From a virus (lineage: Duplodnaviria; Caudoviricetes), in the IMG/VR virus record IMGVR_UViG_3300028591_000011, positions 1 through 64,000 of that record: a stretch of DNA of 64,000 bases. The stretch is one strand, 5' to 3'. Below are positions 24,692 to 36,480 of this stretch, piece by piece (position 1 is the first letter of the stretch; the number at the start of each line of letters is the position of its first letter). The position numbers and the translations under genes are program-made. Below the pieces are notes generated by a model, which did no database searches, was not told where the DNA came from, and worked only from the letters and a program-made list of their open reading frames with translations.

Positions 24692-24901
24692 ATGAATAAG
24701 ATTAAATACTATTATAATGTTGCTTTCGTTTCTTCTTTTAAATGGCTTTATAATCATTGCAATTTGTTCAAACGGTTTGTTTAGAAACGAGCAAAGAAAC
24801 AAGGCGAGATAAATCTTCTTATCTTAGAGTTGCTTATGGCTAAAGAACCAATCGACGTTGATTATTGGTGTGATCGTTTATCTAAAATCAAGAAGTCATG
24901 A
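24692..24901 (+). CDS. Hypothetical protein (69 aa)
   Basis: Fills the gap after the portal gene. One TAG; ATGA coupling to the next gene. Confidence 0.5.
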
Positions 24902-25062
24902 CATACTCTGAAGAACAAGAGCTTCTATAGCTTACTAGAGAGAACAATCAACTATTAAAACTTATACTGAGATACGTTTAGCATGATGAAGGTAACGATT
25001 TTATTACCAACATCATCGCTAACGTGATCGGTAATAGAATAGATCCTTAGAATAAGATATGA
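24898..25062 (+). CDS. Hypothetical protein (54 aa)
   Basis: 'MTYSEEQELLQLTRENNQLLKLILRYV'. ATGA overlaps at both ends. Confidence 0.55.
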
Positions 25063-27380
25063 AGTTTACAAAAGAACAATAGAAGATAATAGACTACATG
25101 TACAAGTCTTTGAAGGCTTCTTGTTACGACGATGTCTCTATATCTGGTATTATTGGCAATGCTCTTACAGAATCTTCTCTTAATCCAGATAGTGTGTCTG
25201 AATCGAAAACATATCACGGTCTATTCTAGAATGATAAGAATATTAGATAGGCCGTAATAAACAAATACGGAGACTATAGCGCTAAGAGTTAGATGAAATA
25301 TGCCCATGATTGGGTTACTGGCGCAGATTGGGTAAAATAGAATAAATACACTGTTACTAACGCCGGTAAATTCAAACGTACTGGATATAAAGACGCACAC
25401 GAAGCTTCTGACGCATGGATGCGCCTATATGAAAGACCTGTCATAGTAGATAAAGCTGGCAATATAATAGGGTACCAAGGGTAGGATTAGAGACGTGCTA
25501 ATGCAACAGCAATGTACGATTATATTAATACTAATTATAATAATATACATACCACGACTACAGATAAAGGTAAGAAGATCACTATACCGATTACCGCATA
25601 TCAAGATCCGCCACAATACGAATCTACATACCAGCTTCCAAAACAGACTAACACCATCTATCCTTTGAATCCAAATGATCGTACTGTACCTTCTTTAGAT
25701 GCTTGGAATGGTGTCGGTAGTCCTTCTGCTGGTCCTAATATGCCAAGCTTGCAGAAATCTATGGACGAACGTAAACGTATGTTTGATCTGTTTAGCGATA
25801 ATGCTATAGCCTTAGGTAAAAAAAAGACATTACCTAACTTGCGTAATGTCTTAGACAGAAAGATGGAAGATTATATAGCTGGTATAATGGGTGTACCTGA
25901 TGTTTATGAAGAACCTGGATATACATATACTCCCATGATGTATTCTCCTATGCCAGTATTTGCAGATGGTAAACTTCCAAAATATAGAGGCGGTAAAGGA
26001 GATGGGCAAAGGTATATCAAAAATGATGACACAGGTGGTTGGGATAGAATAACCAACGATGATGAATCCAATCTGATGGCAGATCTTGTAGTAACTCCAT
26101 ATGGAGTACGTAACAAGTTTGATTATGAATCTAATCCTAATTACGTAGCACCGATATAGAAAAACGAAGTCGTAAGACCTGACGATACTCTGTGGACTAG
26201 ACAGCAAGTTGAAAAAGCCAATAATACCAAAACGTGGAGATCTGATGCTGCTGATGCGTTACACACTATAGGAGAAGGTGCTGTGATTGCGTCTACATTT
26301 GCTGCACCAGAAGTAGAACCGTTAGTATATCCTGCGTATTAGGCTGTAAAAAATGCTACGTTATCTGCGCTAACATCTAATATACCTGCCATGCAGTATA
26401 TAAGATATCCGTTAGGTAAAGTTATATACGGAATGGATGCATAGTTCCCAACATTGTACAGAAAAATAAAATCAATGCCTACAGAACCTATAAACGGAAC
26501 TGTACAAATATCGAATCCGGGAAATAGATTTGTGTTCTCTAATACTAAAAAAGAATCTCCAATAATAACAAATTTCACTTATGATGCTCCTGTAAGAAAA
26601 CACGCTAGTGGAAATTGGGATTCTGGTTTTACTTTGGCGATGCCAGGAAGAAAAACACTTCTTGGAAAAAATGTAATATCGACAGAACCTTCTGATTTAT
26701 TTACTTATGGCGACGACATTAAAATCCCACTTAGTGACGTCACATTAATATCTGGCGATTAGGATGAAATTGCTTTAGCGAATCAGTATGGGTATAAAGT
26801 AGCAACATCTCCAAAATTATAGCAACTATATTAGGAAGGGGATTCTCCAGTGGTATCGTTCACGTCCAATGGAGGACGAAAGATCAGTTTGCTAAAACAA
26901 GATTTATCAGATTACGCAAAAGAAATTGAGAATACAACGAGATAGCTTTTTAAATCTCCTACTAAAAATGACGTAAATTTTATGAATTTCGTCTTATAGC
27001 CAAAAATAAAAGGAGACGTATACGATCCTAGTATGCTTGACTATTTGATAAAAAACGGTATTGGGACATTTGGAGATAGGATAGGTAACGCAGAACTTAG
27101 ATCATATTTATTAGATCCAGATAGATGGAGGAATATATTATATGATCCAGCAACACACGCAGAATATTAGTTTAGAAAATAGATGGGTATCGAGTTGAGA
27201 AACGGATATAAAGATGGTAAATCTCCAATACACATCAAGCCTGCTAATCGTGGTAAACTTACTAGATTAAAGAAACGTACTGGTAAGTCTGAATCTGAAT
27301 TGTACAATGATGGAAATCCTGCACACAAGAAGATGGTTGTATTTGCACGGAATGCTCGTAAATGGTCTCATAAAAGATGA
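25059..27380 (+). CDS. Virion cargo protein (~773 aa) with an N-terminal phage-tail-lysozyme-like domain
   Basis: 'SGIIGNALTESSLNP...GLFQ...YERP' lysozyme-like motifs. Basic C-terminus 'IHIKPANRGK...FARNARKW'. ORFs 25512, 26454 and 27183 are in frame via TAG. Confidence 0.7.
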
Positions 27381-27434
27381 AAAACAATAATATAACAGAA
27401 TAAACTGTAACAAATTATTAACATATAATATTAT

Positions 27435-28580
27435 ATGAAGAAAAAGAATACAATTCCGAGTGGATTTGATGACATACTTGGTAACATCTATTCAAACGCC
27501 GAAGAAGGTGGTGGTGTTACCAATATTGATGAACTGATGGAACCAAACGTACCACTTGTTGAAGAATAGATTGATGAAGAGCCGCCAGTGAAAGATCCTG
27601 AGGACGGCAAAACAGCGGATCAAGATGACGATCCTAAAGTGCATGAGGATGATACAGAACCCCCCGTGCAAGTTACTAATCCAGAACCCCCTGCAGAACC
27701 GGTTGTTGAAAACGATGAACCTACAGATGCTGATATACTTGAAGCACAGAATGTAAGTTTGTTGTTTGATGCAATAGGTAATTCTCTTGGGTGGAATATG
27801 GATGAGATTGATGAGAAAGATAGACCTATTAATACTGATCAACTTGCTTAGTATTTTGCAGATGTAGTCAAAGAGAATTCTGTTCCTGAATACGCAGATG
27901 AGCGTATACAGGCGCTCGATGAGTATGTAAAGAACGGAGGTAAGTTTGAAGACTTCTACAAAAGACAGCAAGAGGTACTTACTCTTGATAACATTGATCT
28001 CGAAGATGAAAACAATCAAAAAGCAGTTGTACGCGAATTTATGCAACGCGCTGGCTATACAGACGAACAGATAAATAAAAAAATAAGTAGATATGAAGAT
28101 AGCGACGTGTTGTATGATGAAGCTGAGGATGCTCTTGATAGATTAAAGGATATTAGGAGACGTGAGGCTGAAGAATCTGCGAGACAACAGGAAGAGCTTG
28201 CTAGGTAGCAACAGGAGCAATCAAAAGCTTTCTATGATACCGTAACGAAAGATATAAATCAATTAACAAATATTCGTGGCATAGCGATACCTAAAGAAGA
28301 TCGTAGAGCATTATTCGATTATATTTTCAAAGTAGACCAGAATGGACAGTCTCAATATACTAAAGATTTTAATAAAAATTTATCAAAGAATCTTATAGAA
28401 TCTGCATACTTTACTATGAAGGCCGATGCACTTATATCGACCGCTAAGAAAGATGGGGAGTCATCCGCTGCTGAAAAACTTAGGAATATTTTGCGGCGTA
28501 GTACTGGTAAAAATCATAGTACTTACAACGCGGACGAAAAACAGAAGTCAGTTACAGATCTCGTTAACGGGTTGTTTTAA
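27435..28580 (+). CDS. Acidic protein upstream of the MCP, putative scaffold/assembly protein (381 aa)
   Basis: Acidic disordered N-terminus and a coiled coil; syntenic position before the capsid gene. Ends TAA 28578-28580. Confidence 0.65.
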
Positions 28581-28610
28581 ACTGACGTGTTAATAAAGAT
28601 TTAAACATAT

Positions 28611-30137
28611 ATGAATAATACTTTACTTAATAATCTCCAGCTGTATCGCGGACGTCGTTTCAGCGACCTGGTAGATGAGAACATGATTTCTAATGCGCTG
28701 CTGACCAAGCCCCATGAGGTATCTGGTCTGCTTTCACTGGTATTTGGTACAAAAGATGATGGTATTTCTACCACGATCGACCTGCTTACTGGTGGTCTTG
28801 GCAAGACGATGATTATTGAAAATAGGGAATTTGAATGGGCTGTACAGATTGATAGTGATCATGCTATCAACATTCGTTGGGCTAAGTGGAATGGTCAGGA
28901 AGTAAATGCCACTACTATTGCTGCCGGTATTACTCCTGGTCTGAACAACACTCCCATTTATCTCGCTCTTGAAGAGCGCTGGTTTGGTCCTGGTGCTGTT
29001 CTTTCTTTTGATGACTATAAATTCCAGGTTCGTGTAACTGGTCTGCCCTATCAGGATGGTAGCGCTTGGGTTTATGAGTGCTATGTCGTTGATGGTTCTC
29101 AGGCTGCTTATATTCCTGGTGAGTTGCTGATGCCTGGCCGTCAGGTTAGCCGTATCGGTTCTGCTTACGAGGAGTACAGCGATGAGGCTGATATCATCAA
29201 CTATCAGACTCCGTTTAAGATGCGCAACCACCTCCAGAATCTGCGTCTGAGCTACGATATCACGGGTGATGCTTACAGCACCGTTCTTGCTATCGCTCTG
29301 AAGGATCCTGAGACTGGTAAGTCATCTTATCTGTGGGCTGATTATCAGTATTGGAAGGCTCTTCGTGAGTGGAAGAAGAGAGAGGAGACCGCTCTCCTGT
29401 TCTCTAAGAGCAATCGCCTTGCTGATGGTACGTATATCAATAAGGGTACAAACGGACGTCCTGTTCCCACGATGAGCGGTCTGCTTGAGCAGATTTCTCC
29501 TGCAAACATCCGTTACTACACAACTCTTACAGCTGAGTTGTTCGAGGATTATCTGTTTGATCTGTGCTACAATATTCTGGGTACCAACGAGCGCAAGTTT
29601 GTTGCTCTGACTGGTGAGATGGGTATTCGTGAGTTTGATCGTATCCTGAAGGAGAAGGTTGCTAGCTTCCATCTTTGTGATAACGTATTCGTTACCGGTA
29701 GCGGTCAGAACCTGACTCTCGGTGGTCAGTTCACTACTTATAAGATGACCAACGGTATCGAGCTGTCTCTGAAGCGTTGTCCGATGTTTGATAATATGGA
29801 GCTGTTCCGTCAGCTGCATCCGCTGACCGGTAAACCCCTTATGTCTTACACGTTCCTGTTTGTTGATATTTCGAACAGTGATGGTCAGTCTAATATCGTA
29901 AAGGTTTGCCGTAAGGGACGTGAGTTCGTTCAGTGGTATACTGGTGGTTCTGTTGCTCCTAACGGATATGCTAACAGCATCAATACACTGCGTTCTAACA
30001 GCCGTGATGGTTACCAGGTACACTTCCTCGGTGAGGTTGGTATTATGGTTCGTAACCCGCTGTCTTGTGGTATCCTGTACTGTGATGCTGAGGACTCAGA
30101 GCTGTCTAACAACGGTTTCCTGTCAGTAGGCGCCTAA
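28611..30137 (+). CDS. Major capsid protein (508 aa)
   Basis: Size, position and strongly biased codons. crAss-type motifs 'EFEWAV', 'FVALTGEMGIREF', 'DGYQVHFLGEVGIMVRNP'. No TAG. Confidence 0.88.
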   Translation: MNNTLLNNLQLYRGRRFSDLVDENMISNALLTKPHEVSGLLSLVFGTKDDGISTTIDLLTGGLGKTMIIENREFEWAVQIDSDHAINIRWAKWNGQEVNATTIAAGITPGLNNTPIYLALEERWFGPGAVLSFDDYKFQVRVTGLPYQDGSAWVYECYVVDGSQAAYIPGELLMPGRQVSRIGSAYEEYSDEADIINYQTPFKMRNHLQNLRLSYDITGDAYSTVLAIALKDPETGKSSYLWADYQYWKALREWKKREETALLFSKSNRLADGTYINKGTNGRPVPTMSGLLEQISPANIRYYTTLTAELFEDYLFDLCYNILGTNERKFVALTGEMGIREFDRILKEKVASFHLCDNVFVTGSGQNLTLGGQFTTYKMTNGIELSLKRCPMFDNMELFRQLHPLTGKPLMSYTFLFVDISNSDGQSNIVKVCRKGREFVQWYTGGSVAPNGYANSINTLRSNSRDGYQVHFLGEVGIMVRNPLSCGILYCDAEDSELSNNGFLSVGA

Positions 30138-30151
30138 TAAAGAATAAATAT

Positions 30152-30192
30152 ATACGATCTCTTGGGGGCTTCTGCCCCCACATGGGTCGTTA
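30152..30192 (+). terminator. GC-rich hairpin after the MCP gene (TGGGGGC-TTCT-GCCCCCA with extended outer stem)
   Basis: Inverted repeat immediately downstream of the MCP stop codon. Confidence 0.65.
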
Positions 30193-30212
30193 TTACAACT
30201 CTAATGTAAATT

Positions 30213-30965
30213 ATGGTAGTTGAATTAAAATTAAAGAAGAAGAATCCCTGGGGTAATTTTATGAAGTATAAGAATTGCTTTGATTATATAGCTCCTTATT
30301 TTACACGCTCCGGGTCGATATATACGGGTCTCACCCCAGAAGATGAGAGATATTTTGAAAAGGCTTTAGGTTATGAAGAAGGCCACCTTGCAAAGACATC
30401 TGAATTTTGGACCACTTTCTGTGTAAAGATTGGTTCTAGAACATTGCTGTTAGACGATTCTATTCCTCGTCAGGCTATGATTATTAAGTTCCTTAGTGGA
30501 CATAAGAGAGTAGCAACCTCACTTGATAAACTTGATGCAGGTAAAGACTACTTGCTTATTAATAGAGAAGCGGAGGCTATAGAGCAGAATAAACAGAATA
30601 AGTTGCGTAGAGATGCTATTAAAGAGTTTGATAACCTTTCGTTGGAGCAAATGCGCAAATGTCTTAGACTGTTTGGTATGTCTGCGGACAGAATGTCAAA
30701 CGAACTTGTAGAGTCTACGTTGTTCAATTTTGTAGACAAGTAGCCTAAAAAGTTCTTTGATAAGTGGATAAACAACAAGTCAAAAGAAACAGAGTTCTTG
30801 CTCGAAGAAGCTATAGCAAAAGGGGTTATTCGTAAAGATAAGACACATTACTTCTACGGATCTGATATGTTTGCAGACTCTCTTGACGATGCAATAGCTT
30901 ACCTGGATAGTAAGAAGAACCAAGACCTAAGGCTGTCAATTATAAACGAAACTAAGAATAAGTGA
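30213..30965 (+). CDS. Conserved crAss-like protein downstream of the MCP (250 aa)
   Basis: ORF 30213 extends through one TAG to TGA 30963-30965. Confidence 0.75.
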
Positions 30966-30989
30966 TCTAACGATCTATAACAATGAGAT

Positions 30990-32420
30990 ATGACGCATAA
31001 CGACATATATACTAAATTTCTGATAGAATATGACAAGGCAAATGTTACTTCGTCATATCCAGCATTGACAAAATATGAAGCCGCTACTCTGTTAGACAGA
31101 GCGTATTTGGCATTGATAGCTAGAAAAGTTACTGGGAATAATCCTAGGAGAGCTTCGTTAGAATATGACATAAAAGCTATAGAAGACTTAAGGCCTCTTT
31201 TGGTTACTAAAGCACTATCTCCTACAACAGCTGTAGGTACAGCAGATAATGAGTTTGTATATAAACTTCCTAAGAAGACAGAGATGCTTTATTTTATCGA
31301 CGGACTTGTGGATTATAGTAATGCTGCAAATGCTGCAGATGGAATGAAACACAAAACGGAAGTTGCTAATGTAGCTGATCATAGAACTGCGTAGAAGTTC
31401 ATGGCTACAAATAGCAATATACCTTGGATAAAGCAACCGATTGCATTCTTGGAAGGAGACGATTTACATCTTCTAATAGATACTTACAAACATAAAAAAG
31501 ATTCTTTATCGTTTTATGCGACGTATATAAAATAGTTTGCCAAGTTTGCTACAGGTTCTGCACAACAGCAGACGACACCTACACAAGAAGAGCCGACTCC
31601 AACTCCTACACCAAGTACTCCTACTGTAGATCCGGATCCTATTGTAGATCCTGAACCTACGCAAGAAGAACCTACTGTAGAGCCAACTCCTACTCCAGTA
31701 ATACCAGAACCTGTTGACGAAGAACCGATACAAGAAGTACAAAAAGATAAATATTCTGGAGACAATACAAATCAGAAATTAGCAGAAAGTTTTATTGTAA
31801 TGTATACGCTTGTAGGAAATTCTTATGACATAACATGGTTTAGTCAATTACATAATCCTACAAAATGGCCTACTGATACTAAATTGTATCTACATATAAT
31901 AAACAGCGACGGCACTCATGATTATATAAGTATTGGTAGCAATATAAAAAGTGGAACATATCATACTAATTTTGAAAAATATCCGAATTGGAAATCGTTT
32001 AATATAATTGCTGTGTCTAATGGCAAAAAGTTATGTACCACAAACACATGTCATAAAGGTAAGACTACTTCTTATAAAATAGTTATAGAAGGCGCTCCTT
32101 CAGATGTAAATTACGTTTTAGGAGAAGAACTTGTAATAAAAACAGAAAGCGGAATATATGTCCATATGCCCTATTCTCCAGCATTTAAACTGTAGAGTGG
32201 ACAGACTAGAACTATATCTTTATACATGTCATCTGATGAAGAAGTGTTGTCTGTAAAACATATACTCGATAAGTATCCAAATGCTAAACTGAAATGGGAT
32301 AATGGAAGTTCTTCTACATCAAAAACTATAAAACCTTCTGACTTCCTAAATACATATACATTAACTGTTAATGTAGGAACTGGCATTAAAGAAGAAGCCA
32401 GTCTACCTACTGGAAAATAA
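30990..32420 (+). CDS. Ring/neck protein N-terminal part + Pro/Glu/Thr linker + extra domain (476 aa)
   Basis: N-terminus 'FLIEYDK...EAATLLDRA...EDLRPLL' resembles the neighbouring ring proteins. Linker at ~31560-31740. Ends TAA. Confidence 0.7.
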
Positions 32421-32428
32421 TTCATATT

Positions 32429-32575
32429 ATGAACTACGATTTTGGAAATACAGAATTTGAACTGTCTGACACAATGGCAGAAGAGCTTATACAACTAGCA
32501 GTAGCAATGGCTTTAGAAAACGTGGAATCATCTAGATTGCAGTCTAAATTATCAACCTTACCCATTGAATCATGA
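32429..32575 (+). CDS. Short ORF resembling a ring-protein C-terminus (48 aa)
   Basis: 'MNYDFGNTEFELSDTMAEELIQLAVAMALENVESSRLQSKL' parallels 'CELPMEVFEDIVSGAV' and 'WLEIIKIAAQMYLENQSDQRY' at the ends of the two downstream paralogues. Confidence 0.65.
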   Translation: MNYDFGNTEFELSDTMAEELIQLAVAMALENVESSRLQSKLSTLPIES

Positions 32576-33291
32576 CATTAGATGAGACAAGACAGCTTGG
32601 TATAGAGTTTGAACGTAGGATACAGACTATGATACCTGAGACAGAAACTATCTCAAAGCTGGACACAGAAACTATATATTCGTACTTAAACTAGTATCAA
32701 GATAAGTTTATACATGATATATATAGAGCTGTAGATAAGGTTCCTACATCAAATAGTTAGGTATATTTAGAAAATATATTACAACCTTTTATGTAGTCTA
32801 CTGATTTGTAGATGTCAAAGGCATAGAATAAAGGCGGTCAATATATTATACCTTTACCTACTTAGTTTGGACTGTACATTGATAGTTATTCTAATGTCGC
32901 CAGTTCATATAGGTTTAAAGGAGCTAATGGATACGGTAACGTACCTAATACCTGGAGTACAGCAAATGACGCAAATAAGGCCATTTAGAAGCCCTATGAC
33001 AGCATGAAAATACTTAGGAGTCCTATTGTATGGCTGACAGAAAATAACTCGTTAGGAGCGATTTATGACACTCATACAAAGCCTAATTATATACATATTA
33101 ATTACTACAGATTGCCTAAGTATATGAACCTTATGGAGTCTATACCATGCGAGCTTCCTATGGAGGTATTTGAAGATATTGTATCCGGTGCTGTAGATCT
33201 ATACGTACAATATGTAGCTGGCGCAGAAGCTAGAAAGAAGCAGCTTGCACAATAGGCTAAACAAAATAAAAAGAAGGAGGATGAAGAATGA
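32572..33291 (+). CDS. Ring/neck protein (239 aa)
   Basis: ATGA coupling. 'IEFERR...IYSYLNQYQ' and 'INYYRLP...CELP'. Read through TAG. Confidence 0.7.
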
Positions 33292-33974
33292 GAGGAATAG
33301 ATATAATCGGAGGATTTGAACTAGAGATAAATAAGCTCGATGATTCATTACAAAAGCCTTCTACTGATGATTCTTTGTACTGGGTTAACTAGGCTATTGT
33401 GAAGTTTGCTAAAGATAGGTTTAATGGCAATCCTATAAAGAGAACATCTTACGAACAGAATGAGAAGCGTACTAGAGACTTAATCAATTTGCTTAGAGAA
33501 GACAAAACTTCAGAGTTTACAGTATCTTCACATGTTGATTATGATCAATACGAGTATCATTACCCTTCAGATATGATGTTTGTACTTAACGAAGATGTTG
33601 TTATATCCAATATGGAAGATCAGTATCCAATGGACACGTGTGTCTTTGAGTGTACTGCAGATAGTTTCATGTACAGGATTAATAATAAACTTACAGATTT
33701 CCATTATAGATTCCATAGAGCTCGCCCTTTAAGGATTAGAACTAAAAACGGTTTCAGACTTCTTACAGACAAGAAGTATAAAATAAACAGCTATACGTTG
33801 GGGTACCTTAAAGTCCCCGATGAAATAACATCAGAAGATCCGTATAAAGAATATACGGACTTTGAAGACTATATTTGGTTAGAGATAATAAAAATCGCTG
33901 CGTAGATGTACCTTGAAAATCAATCAGACCAGCGATATAAAACTTTAACACAAGAGGTTTTAACTCAAGAATAA
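33288..33974 (+). CDS. Ring/neck protein (228 aa)
   Basis: 'YEQNEKRTRDLINLL', 'YTLGYLKVP'. Ends TAA 33972-33974. Confidence 0.72.
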
Positions 33975-34048
33975 TTTTAACGCGGAAACCCCAGCTAGTT
34001 AGGTCTAGACATAGAAATATAGGGGGAGTAGAAAAAATTAATTAATTT

Positions 34049-35128
34049 ATGGTAAATTATGTAAACACTGTACTGGTTAGTAATTTGTCAACCGGTGCTA
34101 TTATCAACGCCGCTCCTAGCAACACAGGAGCAATGAACACGGCTTCTACTGATGCTGGTAAGTTCATTATTATGAATTGTGATCCTGATGTAGCTTCTAC
34201 GAAGCTGTATGATGTTACTGATGCTAATGCAGGTGACATCAAGACTATTAAGGTTGGTATTGTTACAAAGAAGAATTGTGTTCTGCGTAAGCCGGATGGT
34301 TCTGCCGAGTATCGTCCTATCATTAAATGGTCAAATGAGATTAAGGCTGCTGACATCAAGAGCTTCAGCAAGCTCACTTATACCGCAGACACTGAGGATA
34401 CCGCTGTCATTGATTTGACTAGCATGACCGATGTCGTTGGTGGAAGCAATAGCGCAGAAGCTGGCAAGCGTATTATTGTACGTATTACGTATAAAGATAT
34501 GCCTCATCGTATGCGTAAGTGGACTGAGAGTTATGAGTATGTCACTAAGGCTGGTGATACGAAGGCTCTTATTGCTACCGGTATTGTCAATATGATTAAT
34601 AGAGAGTATAAGCGTGCGCGTGTGGTTGCTTCGGTTGTCGATAGCACTAAAATTCAGCTTGTTGCTCTTCCTTATGATGATGACGATAGCGCTGATTCGC
34701 TGAGCTGGGCTAATAAAGTTCGCTTCAACGTCAATATTTATTGGACTGATCCTTCTGCCGACGGTTGGGAATCTAAGAATAAGTACTTCCCTAAAGGTGC
34801 TACAATCACGAAGACTCCTGGTAAACAGTATCCTGCTTCAGCTAAGCTTGTTCGCGATCGCGAGAGCTGGGCTATGGGTTATCAGGGTATTCTGAACCGT
34901 GGTGAAGGTACTTGGCCGATCATTAAGCCTGACATGGAGACTCAGCTTGATAAGCACTATGACGCTATTACTCTCGAGTTTGAGAACATGTATCGTGCTG
35001 CCGATGATATTCAGCGTAAGACGAAGCAGACTCTTGAAGTTTATGGAGTCACTGGTTAGTTGTCTGATCTTGCCGATATTCTCGAAGCATTTGTCACTGG
35101 CGTAAATGCAGAGCCTACCGAAGGCTAA
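34049..35128 (+). CDS. Abundant structural protein, probable auxiliary capsid (decoration) protein (359 aa)
   Basis: MCP-like codon bias with only one TAG, near the 3' end. Size and position match the crAss auxiliary capsid protein. Confidence 0.6.
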
Positions 35129-35147
35129 TTTTAATTGATATAAGCAT

Positions 35148-36227
35148 ATGATGAAAATAAGAATAGGAAACGACATTAATCTTACAGTAAACCTGCTCGG
35201 CAGTAAAAATATAGATGCTGTAAATCTGCAGTCTGTAAATGCATATCTCATAAATAAAACCAAATATGAAGATTTGCTTGACCAGCAGCATAGAGAACAG
35301 GCTTTGATGCAAGATGAAATGGATATCCGCAAGGCTCGCGTAAAGTATGTGAGCAGGTTTCCAGTCGAGCCCTATCCTATTGAGTTTCGTCCTACTCCAT
35401 ATGATCTTTGTTGTGGCGGGGTTCCTTGCTATCACGCAAGGCCCCTTCACTACATTCCTGTTTATCACGGATTTGGGGTGTACCCACATACGTTTGAATC
35501 TGGAATTTGGCACAAAGATGATATGGAAGACCTGTATGTAAAAGCAGGTTTTAAATATATGGATATGCAGAAAGAATATGATAGATGTAGATTCTTAGCT
35601 CCAGTAGAAGCTACTGATACTAAGAACCGCATCAAGGTGTTCTTCCCTGCAGAAGCCCAGTTATATACAGGGGTATACAAGCTTGTGATAGTAGCAAAGC
35701 TTTACGAGCCGGGATACTCAAAAAATAATCTTCGTACAGTGACTATGGACTACGAGGATGTATTCGAATTAGTTAGTAAATCAGAAGATGGTATGGATAC
35801 AAGTGTTTATTTGACAATAGGCAATACCAAACAGGCTACTGGAGTTGTTGTTAGCGGAAGTACAATGCTGAAAAAGAATGCAGATGGACAGCTTACGGCT
35901 ACTGTTCTCCCGTATGACATAGACGATTCTTCTGTAACTTGGAGTATTGTTAGTGGAAATAGTATTCTGATTGCGTTTACCGAATCGTCCAAATGCCAAT
36001 TGCGTTCAGGAGAAACTACTGGAAGCACAGTTATACGCGCTACGTCTGTAAAAACTCCTGAGGTGTATACAGATGTTACTGTCCAGGTAGTTGAAGGAGA
36101 TGTACAGGATATTTACGTAGATAAGGCGTCCACTCTTAGATCTGGTAAGATTACTCTCGGTCGCACCGAAGGCGGTACCGTGGATCTTGACCTCAGTAAC
36201 GAAACTGAATGGTATATTGGGAATTGA
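35148..36227 (+). CDS. Protein with a C-terminal Ig-like (Big_2-type) domain (359 aa)
   Basis: 'QLTATVLPYDIDDSSVTWS...GSTVIRATS...DVTVQV'. No TAG. Confidence 0.7.
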   Translation: MMKIRIGNDINLTVNLLGSKNIDAVNLQSVNAYLINKTKYEDLLDQQHREQALMQDEMDIRKARVKYVSRFPVEPYPIEFRPTPYDLCCGGVPCYHARPLHYIPVYHGFGVYPHTFESGIWHKDDMEDLYVKAGFKYMDMQKEYDRCRFLAPVEATDTKNRIKVFFPAEAQLYTGVYKLVIVAKLYEPGYSKNNLRTVTMDYEDVFELVSKSEDGMDTSVYLTIGNTKQATGVVVSGSTMLKKNADGQLTATVLPYDIDDSSVTWSIVSGNSILIAFTESSKCQLRSGETTGSTVIRATSVKTPEVYTDVTVQVVEGDVQDIYVDKASTLRSGKITLGRTEGGTVDLDLSNETEWYIGN

Positions 36228-36228
36228 T

Positions 36229-36480
36229 ATGAAACAGTGGAAAGACGTAGTGCAGTATTCTACTGCAGTTGTATCACTTGTTAGTGGTATTGTGTTGACG
36301 TGCTTTCAGTACTTTGATTCAGGCGATATTACAAATGGAATGCTCGGCTATGTGGCTCAGACGTTAATCTATGCGGCTAGCATCTTCGGAGTCACGATGT
36401 ATTGGAACGGGAAATATAGCGAATTAAAACAATTAGTACAGAATAATGAAAAAAATGCTAACGTGGTTAGCAATTCATAA
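36229..36480 (+). CDS. Putative holin (83 aa, two TM helices)
   Basis: Two hydrophobic helices and a polar C-tail; overlaps a spanin-like gene. Confidence 0.6.
   Translation: MKQWKDVVQYSTAVVSLVSGIVLTCFQYFDSGDITNGMLGYVAQTLIYAASIFGVTMYWNGKYSELKQLVQNNEKNANVVSNS

Noticed and set aside
28734-30023. Long minus-strand ORFs (165 and 233 aa) opposite the MCP, and similar ones opposite other genes
   Set aside because: These are antisense shadows of biased codon usage. They have no recognisable motifs and fully overlap confident + strand genes.
31545-32428. Self-splicing intron or intein as the cause of the ring-protein insertion
   Set aside because: I could not see group I/II core motifs, a homing endonuclease or intein termini. 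The insert reads as a linker plus a protein domain.
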